Below are positions 39,874 to 53,547 of a stretch of 64,000 nucleotides of DNA, one piece after another; position 1 is the stretch's first letter, and every line of letters begins with the position of its first letter. A program made the position numbers and the translations under genes. Source of the DNA: Entomortierella parvispora E1425 (lineage: Eukaryota; Fungi; Mortierellomycota); assembly GCA_020891255.1 (NCBI GenBank), contig BQFW01000006.1, positions 1,798,001 through 1,862,000 on the forward strand, read 5' to 3'. The notes under the pieces were generated by a model, which made no database searches, was not told the origin of the DNA, and saw only the letters and a program-made list of their open reading frames with translations.

Positions 39874-41805
39874 ATGCAAGCGGACGAGAATGGTGTTTGC
39901 CGAGAGGACGCTTCCGATCCACGCACCCATGGCGGCAATGGCAGCAACAACAACAATGGGGATGTCCACAACGAATCGGCCGACAGTTTGAAGAGGGACA
40001 GAAGCCAAAATGGAACACAAATCCACCCTTCCGTGAGCCAACCACTTTTTGGTCCTTCTAATGAAGTTACCACCGCCACCATCGGCACCGAATCGAACAA
40101 CGATGGGCATGCGACAACAAAAGAGCAGGATGAGGTGGGAGCTTTGGTCAATGATGTCCAAAATGGTTTCATGAAACGTGGAGAGGGTGAGCCGCACCGC
40201 CTTCTGGTTCAGGATGGCACAGGACGTCCAGGCCCATCCTACGGAGTGAACCAGCTAGATTCTTATGAGGAGGAAGAAGAAGAGGACGATGATGGGGCTG
40301 AGGCCGAGGCAGCTATATATATTAATCGTCGCAGCCCCCGACGTTTCTTTTCTCGCCCTCGTCCTGCTGAAGAAGAAGAAAGACTCCTGCCTTCGACAGA
40401 CTTCAACACCCTCACTCGCCCCACAAACATCAGCGTCAACACCAGTTCCTATTCCAGCATCAGCCCCATCACCACCGCGCCGCCCAACAGCCTTTCGGCC
40501 GGATCTACACAGCCAGTCATGGCGCAATCTTACCCAAAAGCTGAGCCTATGAAGTATCCTTCGCTTCCGCTGCCGGGCCCTACTCCATCGAGCACCGGCC
40601 CTTCGGAGGTCCCTCAAGCAGCCTCGGACGATGCCTTGATCAGAAAGAATGCCCTGGCGGACGCCGGTTCTACCATCACACTTGACCACGATAATTCACC
40701 CTCTGCCTGCGGTGCGAGCCATCCCATGGGGCTGAACCACCCTGCTTATCCACCTCCCGTGATCATACCGATGAATGACCCCGATCGTCCAACCTCTGGC
40801 AATGTGGTAATCGAGCCGCTTCTCTCTCCGAGCTCTGAAGAGAAACGCTGCCGTATCTGTCTCGATGTTGATAACGAAACTGAACTGGGTCGCCTGATTT
40901 CCCCATGTCTCTGCAAAGGCTCCTCACGTTATATTCATCTAAATTGTTTGCAGCGATGGCGAGAGTTGTCGCCGCGAAAGGAGTCATTTTATCGGTGCGA
41001 TACCTGTCATTATCACTATTCGTTCTCGAGGCCTTGGATGGCCAAGGTGCTTGACCGAGTATGGTTCCCACATGTAGCGACGGTCTTGATCATGTTTTTT
41101 GTGATATATGGCTTTGGCTGGATCGGCAGAGTACTCTATGACAAGGACCTGTGGCATTGGAAGGCAGCGAACCAGACCCGGATTATGGGGTTGGATGGAG
41201 CAGACTATGTGTTTGGAATGGTGTGGCTCGCGCTTTTGGCGTTGGTGATCTGGTGCATTGGTCTAACGATTGGCGTCGCCAGTGGAGATCGATCAGGGTC
41301 GGGAGGCGGTTGCGATTGTCGTGGGTGCTTCTTCTTAGATTGCGCAGGAGGAAGTGGTGATGGTGAGGCATGTGCGATTGTATGCATTGTGTTGCTGATA
41401 CTTGCCGGGTAAGTCTGAGTGTCCAAATCTCGATCCCTTCCTGACTTCATCTCTCTTTTAATTTATATTCCCCCCCTCTGCCCTCCCTCGCCTCCAATCT
41501 TCCCTTCTCCTTGCCCATTTGTTTGGATCCTCTCCCTTTTACTTTGCCATTTTGAAAGACCTTGCGGACTAAATCTGTCTTTTCTTTTTTTGCAATTTAG
41601 AACCGTGGCAGCCTTCGTTGGGATCTACCTGGTCATTGAAGATTTGACAACAAAGGCCCTTGCTAATATGAAGAATGTAGGTTGTTGCTTATTGACATGT
41701 CTTGCCTCCCGGAACAAATGCTCCCTCCCTCTGAAGGTTGAATCTTCCTAACCATACCATTTGTTCTCCATCTTTGCCTTGAAGTCGATCCTGGAGGTCA
41801 AATAG
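39874..41805 (+). CDS. MARCH-type RINGv (C4HC3) membrane E3 ubiquitin ligase (3 exons)
   Basis: CRICLD..LISPCLCKGSSRYIHLNCLQRW..RCDTCHYHY followed by three hydrophobic segments; exons 2-3 add GTVAAFVGIYLVIEDL..MKN|SILEVK*. Confidence 0.9.
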
Positions 41806-42090
41806 ACCTAGTAAAAAATAAAGCAAGTTGTACATACGTGCGGTCCACCTGTTTCCGGTTGAACCTCAACCTTTTCTTTTCCTTTTTTTTTTATTATCGT
41901 GGGGAGTGTGGCGCGTTCAAATATGAATGCTGAGAAGAAAAATGGGCATGACGGCGTGTGACGAACGCCCCTGTGATTTTTGTTTTTTTTGTTTTCAAAG
42001 TACTACGATGATCGTCAAATTCTAGTATCCCCTCTTTCCTTCCATGGAAGTCAATCCAATTGCGGCGGAGGGGTCGATGGTTACGAGGGC

Positions 42091-45000
42091 CTACTTGTTG
42101 AGTTTGTTGACGTAACCCAGGTAGCCCTCTGAAGCCTGGACAGTTTTGGTCCGGGTACTCCGGCGGTGCTGCTCACGTTGCACCTGGTTCACAAGATCCT
42201 GATGGCGACGCTGCATACCTCCAACGATCGAGTCGTATTGCCGCTCAATCGCGCTGATCAAGCTGTGCTCGCGAACACCCTTCGCGTTCAACCACATCAA
42301 CAGCTGGTCAATCTGTTCATTCAAAAGAAGGAAAAGAGCAAGAAGAAGGAAATGAATTAGTAATGATGAATCGTGAGTGGTCATCGTTAGGAGGGACAGG
42401 TGGAAGAAAACCCTATTACCTGCTCAGGCTCACTGTAATAGCTCCAGTGAGAGGTCATGTGCTCCACAGCCTTGGTTTCATCCGAGAATGTCTGCGACGC
42501 CCCGTTCGTCAGAGCACCACCGCCATGACCAGCATGGTTATGATGATCCGTCTTGACATCCCCTTCATCATCCGTATCATTTTCACGTTCCTTCTCCATC
42601 TGAAGTTTCTTCTCCTTTGCGGCCTCCTTGGCAGCCTTATCAGCCGTGATTCCGCGAATGATCTCTGACTCTTGAGCTTTCAACAACTCGCCCAATCCAC
42701 AGGAGGGGTCCTCGAACGCTTGTCTCTTCAGGATCTTGTCCTTGTCTTCCCGGGTTCTCATCGTCTCCAGGTCCAAGAAAGATGGCGATTGAACATAGAG
42801 TCGGTCTGTTGCGTGCGTCATCGTGATACCATCAAAGTACCAATACTGGTTAAAGAATCGATCCTTGCCCAGAGACTTGACTCGAGCAATCGCGTACCGT
42901 TGCGTATCCCGATCTACCTGGTCTTCTTTCCGTGCCAGAGCCTGCTCTTGATCCATCAACTTCTTTTTGGCATCCAGACGCAGCTTTTGTTCCGCAGACT
43001 TGGCCTTCGAAAGTGCCTTCTGGCGCTGAAGGTCCTGAGCGCGACGCGCTTCCTCTTGCTCACGCTCCTGTTGTTGACGCTTGAGCTTTTCCTGTCGAGA
43101 TTCCGTGCGGCTGAGACTCTCCTTGCTTTCTGCATCACTTTCAATCTCGTTGGATTTGGGCGTGGCTACGGCGCTGGGTGCTTCTGAAGCAGAGTCTGTA
43201 GTAGTCTTTGTTTCTGTGGAATCCTGGCGTTCGAACTCTGCCCTCTCCGCTTGCCTAGAGAAGAAGTAATGGAAAAAATGAGAGTTAGGAAAAAAAAATA
43301 CATATATCCGTGCTGTACACCACAGAAAAGATATAAAAACAAATCGTAGGAATGACTTACAATCGCCGCCGCTCCTTGTTCAATTCAAACTTCTCTAGAC
43401 GAAGCTCCTTCAGTTGCTCACGGCATTGCTCCATATAGGTTCTATTCAGTTTGCAGGAGTGGGGTTAGAAATCAAAACAAGCATGAGCTAAAAAAAAGAC
43501 ACACACAGTTCATACCTGATTGCACTGGTTCCTGAGGCAGTCTCCACCAGGAAAACAAGAATACGAACTTTATCCTCGTATGGAAGAGCTGGGTAAAGGA
43601 ACTCCACATCATCCTTGGTGGTAGTATCACTGGGCACCAGGTGGTTCAATATGCGGTCAACAGTGGGAATGGCGTCAAAGGAGCCCAGCTAAAGAGGCGG
43701 TATATGAAACCGGTTAGAAACACCATACTCGCATGTTGAAGCCACGTTTCTTCATTTTTCATGTCCTCACCTCATTGATGAGTCCCACCAGAACAGCCTC
43801 CCATCCTTGCCTGGATGATGAGACTTGCTTCTCATCCCAGCCCTGGCCCACCACAACAACCCTCTCATTGATAGGGCAATGTGGGTATTTTTGGCGCTGT
43901 TGCACATAGTCGACAGAAAAGTCACCGTCGTCTGTGGTACTGTCCTCATCATCTGTCATCACACTGTTCTCTCTGTCCTCGCGAGTTCCTGCCGTAGGGG
44001 CTCCAGAGGAGGTAGCGAAAATTGGCTTGGCGATGCCCTTGAGTCTGTCCTGAATAATTACATTCATGAGGGTGGAATGATACTCTGAGATCATAACGCT
44101 CGGGTGCTGAACATCAGTGTGTGTGAGAGAGTCCTGAAGATCCTTGAATCCAAATGGTGACAGCTTCAGAGGCGCGCTATTAAAATGTACAAGGATTAGT
44201 CATCTCTCCAGTAATTATCCCAAGGAGAGTCATACCCGACCGACCGAGCATAATAAAAATGTTACCTAAAAGTGTTTAGGAACTGCCATGCCATGATGAC
44301 ATCTTCAAAACATTCCTGGGGAATAGCGCTCTCTTTGGCAGCGGTTGGCCGGACTGCGATGGCGTTCTCATCCGACACCTTCGTAATCAACTTTTGGTCC
44401 AAATCAAGATCCTCGATTGGATATTTGATAGTCTTCGTCTCCACAGCCACAGGAGTCGCTTCGGCAGATGATTCCTTTGCCTTGTCCGCTGCCTCCTTCT
44501 TGGCTTTCTTGAGAGCTGAAAGCTCTGGTGCTGGATCGGTCGGTGTCTATGAAAATCCGTGTCCGTGATTTCCAGCAGAAAGATATTAGCGGATTTTTCA
44601 CAATGTACAGTGTGCCGATCTCTTCTTCTCAGTTCCCTATGGTTACCTTTCTCTTGTTGATTTTCAAGATTGCTCTGTTTCGTGCCTCATTGAGGTCGGA
44701 AGGCAACTTTGTCTCCACATCATACTTTTTGCAGAGGAACGGCTAGTTATCCAAGACATAGCAAAGGTATGTCAGAAAACCTGAAGGGTTTGTCGTATCG
44801 CCAAAGTCGTGTCCTGATATTGTCCTTACCTTGACCATCCATGGTGCCCCAATATAGCTTTCCTTGGTCGCACACTCGCGAATGTATTTCCTGAGAATAT
44901 TCTTGTTGAATGCCAGGCGATCTCGGCTATCCAATGTAAGATTATTGTCATCTGTAAGTAAAGATGTCTTCATGGTGCCATCCAACTTTGGTATTTCGCA

Positions 45001-46088
45001 CATTCGATCCAAATCTGTACCTCAGGAGCGAGCAGTCCACAACTCTCTCCATATCTGGAATGCCTCTGCCTTTTTGATCCAGGACCTGAACAAGATACTG
45101 TCCTGGCACTTCAGGCTCCTCTGCGCCATCCTGAACCGTTGTCCATTCGTCCTGAGGCACCACTTTCCTGATGACTGCACTGTAGCTATATTTCATGGAA
45201 GAGTCATTCAGAAAGAATTAGGAACAATTTCACGAACGACACACATCTTTGACTCGTTCGATCCTAGTTCACTTACGAAGATCCGTCCCATGAGACATTT
45301 ACAGGCTCATTAAGATAATACAGATTCTTGAACTTTGCATACGCGTCTTCTACAACGCCGTCGATTCTGGCCGTCTCTAAATGAAGAGAGAATTCCCAAA
45401 AAAAAAAATTGATTTTTTTTTTTTTTTGAGAAAAAGATATTAAAGTGTGGTCAGCTCCGGCAAGGTCCTCATTCTTTTCTTTTTCTCGTAAACTCGCCAA
45501 TTAGATGGACAACAAAGAATCCGCACTTACGGAATTGGACAAACTGGAGCAAGGGCTTTCGGAGCTGTGGAGGAAACTTGTTGGCAACCATGGACTTTTC
45601 CTTGTGCTCAGATTCCAAGGCTTGCTTGTAGGTCAAACCAGACTTTCCAGTCGTCTCGCACTGCCAGGTTTTTTGTTGGTAAAACATGTAGCGATTGAGA
45701 TAATCCCTATAGAACAGTGTCAAAGGTGGCCAGAAGAAACAACAAGAGGAAGCATTTTTTGCAAGAGAGTGGCCGATCGGCAAGTTAAGGGAATATATAG
45801 GGCATCGCCAAAAGGGATGCAACAAAGACCATTTTCAAAAGAAATGTATAAAAGCAACAAGAACAAAACAGCGGCAAAAGAAAAGCAGCAAAAGACACAT
45901 CGACAAGCATAAAAAAAGGCATGGGCCAAGGCAGAATAGCACGCAGGGCACGACAAGGTGGGTTGATACTCGTAAGAGGTGAAGATCTCGTTTGTGAACG
46001 GCATCATGAAGACGGGAAGATTCTCGTCAAAGTCATTGGGATTGGGTGGAGGCACAGGCTTGATGGCCTTGCGTTTAAGAAGAGGCAT
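42091..46088 (-). CDS. ITC1: ISWI-complex accessory subunit ITC1/ACF1-like (WAC, DDT, WHIM/WSD), multi-exon
   Basis: MPLLKRK..FTNEIFTSYE|DYLNR..WQCETTGKSGLTYKQALESE (WAC); WQFLNTF|SAPLKLSPF (DDT); LGKDRFFNQYWYFD and WSYYSEPEQ|IDQLLMWLNAKGVREHSL (WHIM/WSD); frame checked across exons. Confidence 0.9.
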
Positions 46089-46585
46089 TGTTGCGGATGG
46101 GAATGCGCTGATGCCAGCAGTGAGAGGAGGTGGAGGTGGAGGTGATCAAGGATGCGTCGGAGGAGTGATTCGCACTGTTCCTGTAGGGCTGCGTCCGTGG
46201 TCAAGAGGATTCTGACACAAGGAAGAAGGGGATGAGAGCAGAGGATGGACAGGGTGAGCGGGAATGCGGATGGAACGAAGGTGATGAGGAAAGAGAGAGA
46301 GAGAAGGAGGATGGAGGAGCCAAGAAACAAAACAGGCGAAAACACAGTCCACACACCTTCCTGCGCTCTCGTCTTTGCTATACACGCTGATCAGCAGCAA
46401 TTGTCTGCTTGTGTCTGCCCATCCTCCCCTCTCTCTTTCTCTCTCTTTCCATAGCCATGGGATCAGCCCTGGCTCCTGTGTGGCCACTCGAGTCGCAAGT
46501 GAGGATGAGCGTGATGATGGATGGATGGATGGATGCCAGGTGCATTATCAAGGCAAAGAAGGACAGGTCTGTGTCTGTGGTTGCG

Positions 46586-46617
46586 GTCAGTCAGTCAGTC
46601 AGTCAGTCAGTCAGTCA
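46586..46617. repeat. (GTCA)8 microsatellite in the ITC1/H1 divergent region
   Basis: Read directly. Confidence 0.9.
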
Positions 46618-47022
46618 AGGCGGAGAGAGGAGAGACGGACGCGACTGGACTGGGACTGAACAGAGTGTGGCTGCCATCCCAGCTAGGTGTGCAGCACGTG
46701 CGATCCGGCGGTCTTCTTTTGGTATTTCGCAGCAAAAGGAAAAGCTCGCGACGCGAAAAAAAAAAAATTTGAATTTTTGGCCCAGAGGGCAGAGAGAGAC
46801 GCGTGCGGACGGTGCTCTCTCGCCGTGTGGGACACACCCACAGGGCCAGCGCTCCTTTATTTCAGATTTCGCTTTTCGCCCTCCCTCTCTTCTCTTTTTC
46901 TTCCTCCCTTTCTCTTCACCCTTTCACCCCACATCCCGACCTTCTGCAGGACTGACTCCCGGCGTCTCTCAACAGCATCAGCACTCTCAACAGCAACAGC
47001 AACCACACAACCACATACAACA

Positions 47023-48288
47023 ATGTCTCCCCGCACCAAGGCCATCGCCGCTGCCCCAGCCCCCCCTGCCCCCAAGGCCCCCGTCGTCAAGAAGGCCAAA
47101 CCCGTCGCTGCCTCCACCGGACCCAAGAAGGACGCGCCCACTTACAAGGTATGTTTGTTTTCATTTTCAAAAAACCAACCCTCCACTCGTTCCATCTCAT
47201 CTCAACCCAAGCGGATTGCGCACCCTCAAGTCTGATGATGTGCAGCGGGACACTGAGGGGGGGAGGAGATGGGGCTACCGATCATCTGTAGCAAGGCCAT
47301 GGCCAGGACAGAAATAACAGACAGAGTCCGTTTCTTCTGATGGGGTTCTCCATGCTGGGCATCCATTCGCGGCTGATGAGAACAATCCCATCGCCTCTCT
47401 TCCTGCCAAATCAACGACTCACTCTCCCATCTCCCCCCAAGAAAAAATTGGGCAAAAAAAAAAAAAAAAAAAAAAACCTGACTTGGGGACGCTTGCAAGA
47501 AACAAAACAAAGAAAAAAAAAATTGGCCCCAGCTTTCTTTCATGGATCTTCTACGAGGGATTGTCGGCCTTATTTCTTTGCAGCTGGCGCGTGTACCTAT
47601 GCTAATGTGCATATGTATTGTATTGATCTTTCACTCACGCTGTTTGCGCCATCGCCTCAAAACTTGTCTTTAATAGGAGATGATTGTCGCAGCTCTTCTC
47701 CACCTCAAGGATCGCAGTGGTTCCTCCCGCCAGGCTTTGAAGAAGTACATTGCCGGAAACTACAAGATTGGCGAGCACTCTGACGTTCATCTCAACGCTG
47801 CCATCAAGCGTGGAGTTGAGACTGGTGACTTTGTTCAGCCCAAGGGACAGTCTGGCCCAGTCAAGCTGGCTAAGAAGGAGCCCAAGAAGAAGGTCATCAA
47901 GGAGAAGAAGGAGCCCAAGGAGAAGAAGGCAAAGAAGCCCTCTGTCAAGAAGGCTGCCGTCAAGAAGGATGGAACTAAGGTAAGATGAGAGAATATTTCA
48001 ATCTAGAAAGAACATTGGACTGTCTCATCTCGGAAGCAAAGGACTCACTATGGACACCTCTTTGTGACCCAGGCTACCCCCAAGAAGGCCACCGCTGTCA
48101 AGAAGGCCGTGAAGAAGAGCGACGCCAAGAAGCCAGCTGCCAAGAAGACCTCCACGACAAAGAAGGCCGCTGCTCCCAAAAAAGCTGCCTCTCCTAAGAA
48201 GGCCGCTGCACCAAAGGAGAAGAAAGCAGCCGCCCCCAAGGAGAAGAAGGCCAAGGCCGCTCCCAAAGCCAAGGCTGTCAAGGCTTAA
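47023..48288 (+). CDS. HHO1: Linker histone H1 (3 exons)
   Basis: Pro/Ala/Lys N-tail; globular domain PTYK|EMIVAALLHLKDRSGSSRQALKKYI..GDFVQPKGQSGPVKL; Lys-rich tail with TPKK/SPKK. Confidence 0.95.
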
Positions 48289-48624
48289 ATATTGACATGC
48301 AAAATGTCATTGTTACTCCCTCGTTGAGACCATGATCGTGGTCATTCTACTGTTTGGGCGTGGAGTTTGTGAGCAATACCTTTGAATCCTCACGTAACCG
48401 AACTGCACTCTGCATCCAATTACCTCTGTATTTTTATTTCTCGAATAAATAACCTCGATTAAAAATCTTCTACGTCACCGAAGATTGTGTCGCGTGTGTT
48501 TAACGTCAATGCCCAGCTGGCTCGCGCGGGTGTATGTGGTGCGAGAAAGGAAACGAGGTGGGCTCCCTTGCCTTCTGACTCTCATCCATCCAACCCAACC
48601 ACCTCTCGATCCATCATCGCCATC

Positions 48625-50136
48625 ATGTCTGAAAGCAGAGGAGAACTCATCGCCTGGGTCAATGACCTCTTGCGCCTCAACTACACCAAGGTCGAGCAAC
48701 TCGGCACAGGTAACCCTTGACCCACAGCTTCTCTCCTGTTCTCACAACTCGCGAAACCGTCACGTCCACCCTCGCTTCTGCTGGACCTGAACTTGCAAGG
48801 ACGGCCATCAGACGCAGTGCGCCATTGACCTGACCGAGGAAGGCCTATGGCGACGGAAGCCTGGGAAGTTCGGAAACAATGAGACTTTTTAACACGGTCC
48901 TTACCATGAGAACCCACGAGAGCATTCTCAGGAGAAGAATGCCTTTGGCCGTGTTTCAAATGTGCAAGGAGCCTTCTGCTGTCTGCCAGCACCCTTCCCG
49001 TTCGCTTTTGCTTGGCCGCTGACACATCCTCGCTACCCCCGAATAGGCGCCGCTTATGCCCAAATCATGGACTCCATCTATGGTATGTCTTGGCCTACTT
49101 TGCATCTGAAGATCGTTACTTTGGAGTAGTTCGTTTACAGCCAAGATAACACCCGCTCTTTTTCACGTGTAGGCAACCTCCCAATGTCCCGTGTGAAGTT
49201 TGCCACTAAGCACGAGTACGAATATCTTGGAAACTACAAAGTCTTGCAGACCTGCTTCACCAAAAACAAGATTGATAAAGTATGGACGGGGGCTGCGGGA
49301 AGACGGGAGCCTGTTGTATTTTTATTTTGTCACGTATTGTTTATCGTCAGAAAGACTTATCCTCGGTCCTGTTGATCCCCTTACTGTAGGCCATCCCAAC
49401 TGACCGACTCATGAAGTGCAAGATGCAGGATAACCTCGAATTTCTTCAATGGGTCAAGAAGTTCTGGGACGCCAACTTTGCAGGAGATAGCTATGACGCC
49501 ATTGAACGCAGAGGAGCTGGCAACGAGCCTAACGCCGCTGCCAACCGTTCCACCAGCACTCCTGTTAGAAGGGCCATGAACAACGGAGGTACTTTCAGTC
49601 AAGGAATGAACCTTTTTTCTTTCAATAGGATGCTTTTGGTCAGTGTCTGATCGCTTATCCTATTTTCTCTATACTTCTCGATTCACTAGCCAACACCTCG
49701 ATGTCTGGACGTGGCTCTGGCGGTCGACTATCCGCTGCCAACACTTCATTGCGAGGACCAAGTCCCGATCACTCCGTCGTTTTGAACTTGCAGAAGGAGC
49801 TTCAGGAGGAGCGCACGACTGTTGCTGCTCTTGAGAAGGAGCGCGATTTCTACTTTGGCAAGCTGAGAGATATTGAAGTCATGTTGCAGCAAGAACTCGA
49901 GTCACGCCCAGATGTTGGTGACACTCAATTCTTGAAGGATATCCAGGCTATCCTTTACAGCACAGAGGTACCGCGGACTTGCTGCAGTTGCCTTTACTTG
50001 CCTTTCCCATTCTTTAGCTTTGCTTCTAACCATTATTCTAATTTCTCTCCTGTATTCGCATGTGTAGGAGGGATTCGAGGCCCCAGTGGAGGATGTTCCC
50101 GCAGAAGCGGAAGAATACCCTGATGAGACGTTCTAA
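48625..50136 (+). CDS. BIM1: EB1/Bim1/Mal3 microtubule plus-end binding protein (6 exons)
   Basis: MSESRGELIAWVNDLL..VEQLGTG|AAYAQIMD (CH domain); MQDNLEFLQW; LEKERDFYFGKLRDIE (EBH domain); acidic tail ending DETF*. Confidence 0.95.
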
Positions 50137-50404
50137 GTGCTCCTTTTCCCCCTTCAAAATAATTACATGCACCAACCTTGCGCTTAGCAACAAAATAACC
50201 AGATATAAAGTGTCTTTCTTGTCTGTCAGACAACAACATAACATGGTCCACTTCTCCATAGGGTTCTGCTGTGCATTTTGTGAGTTGAAAAAAAATAGAG
50301 TGAAAGTCTACTTTGGACCCTTAAGTGATCTGTCCATTGAAAAAAAATTGTGAAAGTCCAAAGGAATCAATGGCTCCCACATCAACCATTCAGCTGAAGA
50401 CATC

Positions 50405-52596
50405 ATGGTAGGACCTCAGGACAGCAGGAACGCGGGCGACAAACGTCCATGCTGTTGCACATCGTCATCACTCGGTCTCAGTGAGAGTCCATTTCACTAA
50501 TGTGCCGTCCATTCGGGGGCCTCTGCGTTTATAGGGTATTTTGGAAAAGATTGCCGACATCGAGAGGGAGATCTCGAAGACTCAGAAGAACAAGGGTAAT
50601 CATCTCGTCCATTATGTCCATTACAATCGGAGGGCCTCTCCTGTTTTGTTGCAGATAGAGGAGAGACTTTGGATATGCTTTGCGACAAGTATTATCAGAT
50701 GTTATAGACCTAAAACAGGGGAATCTCACCAAAGCGTTGTCTCCGCTTAATAGCAACGGAGTACCATTTGGGTCTCTTGAAGGCCAAGTTGGCCAAGTAC
50801 CGTGTTCAGCTCTTGGATCCCGGCAAGACTGCTGCAAAGGTAATACAATGAGATCACGGACCTTGTATGGATAGAAGGCTCTGGTTTCCGACCTTTTTTC
50901 GACTCTAACATTCATTGTTATCACGGCCGATAGGGAGAAGGATTCGATGTTATGAAATCAGGGGATGCTCGTGTGGCGTTGATTGGATTCCCCTCGGTCG
51001 GAAAGTCTACCTTGTTGAACAAGTTGACGAACACACATTCGGAGGCTTGCGCATACGAGTTCACGACTTTGACATGCATTCCCGGAAAGATCGAGTACAA
51101 CGGTGCCAACATTCAGCTGCTGGATTTGCCTGGTATCATTGAGGGAGCCGCTCAAGGAAAGGGTCGTGGTCGTCAGGTATGGGAGAAACGCAGACAACTT
51201 GGGACCTACTCGGAGAAGCATCCATGATGGCGACATCTTGATCCCAATAGCTTGAAAGCACAGCTGAACTTTTTATTTTTTCATCATAGGTTATTGCTGT
51301 TGCCAGGACAGCCGATTTGATCATGATCATGCTGGATGCAACAAAGTCTGCTCAGCAGAGGGAGCTTTTGGAGGCTGAATTGGAAGCTGTCGGCATCCGT
51401 TTGAACACCCAGAGGCCAAATGTTTACTTCAAGGTATGTCGTTGGCTACAGGATGCGTACTTTTCAACGTGAAGCACAAAGGAACGCTTGAAATCAACTC
51501 AAAGCTGAACGCTTGGGAGGGCGAAGGAACTGACCGAGTTTTCTTACTGGATGTAGATCAAGACCGGAGGTGGAATCAGTTTCAACGCTACATGCAAACT
51601 GACCACACTGTCGGAAAAGACTGTCAACCTCATTCTCCACGATTACAGTAAGTCAACAACGCGAACTATGCAGTCGTGATGCCGAAAGCATCTCGAGCGA
51701 CGTTGCTGACAATCCCCGTTTCTTTCCCCCCCCCCCCCTGGGGCTGATCCTTAGGAATTTTTAACGCTGAGGTTTTGATTCGAGAGGATATTACTGTCGA
51801 TGAGTTTATTGATGTCGTGCTCGGAAACCGTAAATACATCAATGCCATCTACGTAAGTCTGGAGAATTGATAGAGAAGTCCCTGCATGGGAACGACAGAT
51901 GGGTTGTTTTCAGCTTCCGCTCTCTAATACTTTTGTAATCATACCATAGTGCTACAACAAGATTGACTCGATTACTATCGAGCAGGTGGACGAGTTGGCG
52001 CGTACGCCTAACACAGTCGTTGTCAGTTGTGAGATGGACTTGAACATGGACTTTTTGGTTGAGACCATCTGGAAGAATCTTCACCTGCTGCGTGTATATA
52101 CCAAGAAGAGAGGCGAGTACCCCGATTTCGAAGGAGGCTTGATTATCCGTGCTGGCTCGACTATTGAGCATGTCGTAAGTGCACCTCTACAGAAAACTCT
52201 TTTTTTTTCGTGTTCCTCATGTCTTGCTCTCTCTGGTTGCCAGGACCATTCTGAGTCTAGCCTTTTCGGCGACTGAGGAGAATAATGACCCGTTGCGGAT
52301 GAACTGTTCAACTAAGGCTCTCTATATTTGATGATAATTTTATGTTTTTCCTAGTGCCACGCTATTCATCGATCCCTGGTAGCAGAGTTCAAGTATGCCC
52401 TGGTCTGGGGTCGGTCTGCAAAGCACAACCCTCAGCGTGTGGGATTGTCCCATCTGGTTGATAACGAGGACGTGGTAAGCTATTCGCGCTGTCGTCTCAT
52501 CATTTGAGCGTGCACACTTACTGTACTACTTTTGTTATTGACGCTGAATCTTCAATTGGTCTGTTTTCGTAGATTCAAGTCGTCAAGAGACGTTAA
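50405..52596 (+). CDS. DRG2: Developmentally regulated GTP-binding protein 2 (Obg family, TGS domain), 10 exons
   Basis: M|[15 protein letters not shown]|[17 protein letters not shown]; [26 protein letters not shown]; [11 protein letters not shown]; DLPGIIEGA; [19 protein letters not shown]. Confidence 0.95.
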
Positions 52597-53547
52597 GAGC
52601 TTTCTGGAGTGCCACAATACATATAATCTTTCAATTCAATATGGTATCTAACTTGCTTGTTTCCATGGGCGCAGCGAAATACAGCCCAGGCTGGAGCGGC
52701 CGAATATCAGAACCCCTGCAGCTCTGAGGAGATGCGGCAGTATTTTTGTTTCCTTCTTTGCCCAGCGAGAGCAAGATGCGCCTTTGGTAGTCCATTCCTA
52801 GTCGGCGCCCGTGAATGGAGCGAGACTATTTCATTTGCGGAGTGTTTCTAAAGAGTGACCACTGTGATGCCCTCCTTGAAAGGTACTTTATCTCTCCGTC
52901 CGTTCCTTTTCTGGGCCCGAAGTCTTTTGTGTTTGAGCTGAAATTGGGTCCGCCACCAGCGAGGAGGGGCCGAGGGTGGGGTATTGAGAATCGCACGAAC
53001 AGTGCACTGGATGGAAGGCGTCCAAATCTTCTATTCTTCTATTTTGCCGACTCTCGTTTGATCTCGCGCCCTGCCAAACAGAGGAGGCCAATTTATCGCT
53101 TGTGTCTCCTGCCATGTGTTGTATGGAAAACCTTGAGCTGCTGTCCGAGCCCAACCCCGAGGGAGTTCTTCCCCTCAAAAGCACTAGCGTTCACTGCTCT
53201 CGCGGCGTTGCTGTTCCAGCTCAAAATTCCAGGAAACAGGCTGCAGATTGCAACGGCGGGCGGTAAACTTGCACCCGACGTTCCTGTACCAAGGAAAGTG
53301 CCATCCACTTTGAAGCGTTTTCTCGGGTCGACACTCTCTCTTCTCTCGTCTTCTCTTGACTTCTCTCCTCCTTCTTTGTCCCTCTTCACCCCCTCCCCAC
53401 ACTCTTCTTCTAGGTCCAACTCCGACTTGCACTTCTTTCATCTCATTCACTTTTCTTTTTTTCCATTGGACCTTTCCTTCTTGTTTTCATTCCTTACTCT
53501 TCATCTCAGTCCCAGAAGAGGAAGAAAAAAAATCATACAGGAGTAGA

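Noticed and set aside
42900-43260. Possible frameshift in ITC1 between ORF-track fragments
   Set aside because: Manual translation from the 43254 acceptor stays in frame into MDQEQALARK.
46409-47317. 302 aa ORF overlapping the H1 promoter and exon 1
   Set aside because: Built from microsatellites and low-complexity sequence, and overlaps H1 in another frame.
47230-47345. TGATGA...CTGA in H1 intron 1 as a C/D snoRNA
   Set aside because: C box is imperfect (CTGATGATG), no terminal stem, and no recognisable rRNA antisense element.
48293-48309. Hairpin TGACAT-GCAAA-ATGTCA right after the H1 stop, like a histone stem-loop
   Set aside because: Sequence and loop size do not match the histone stem-loop consensus, and the gene has introns, which fits a polyadenylated mRNA.
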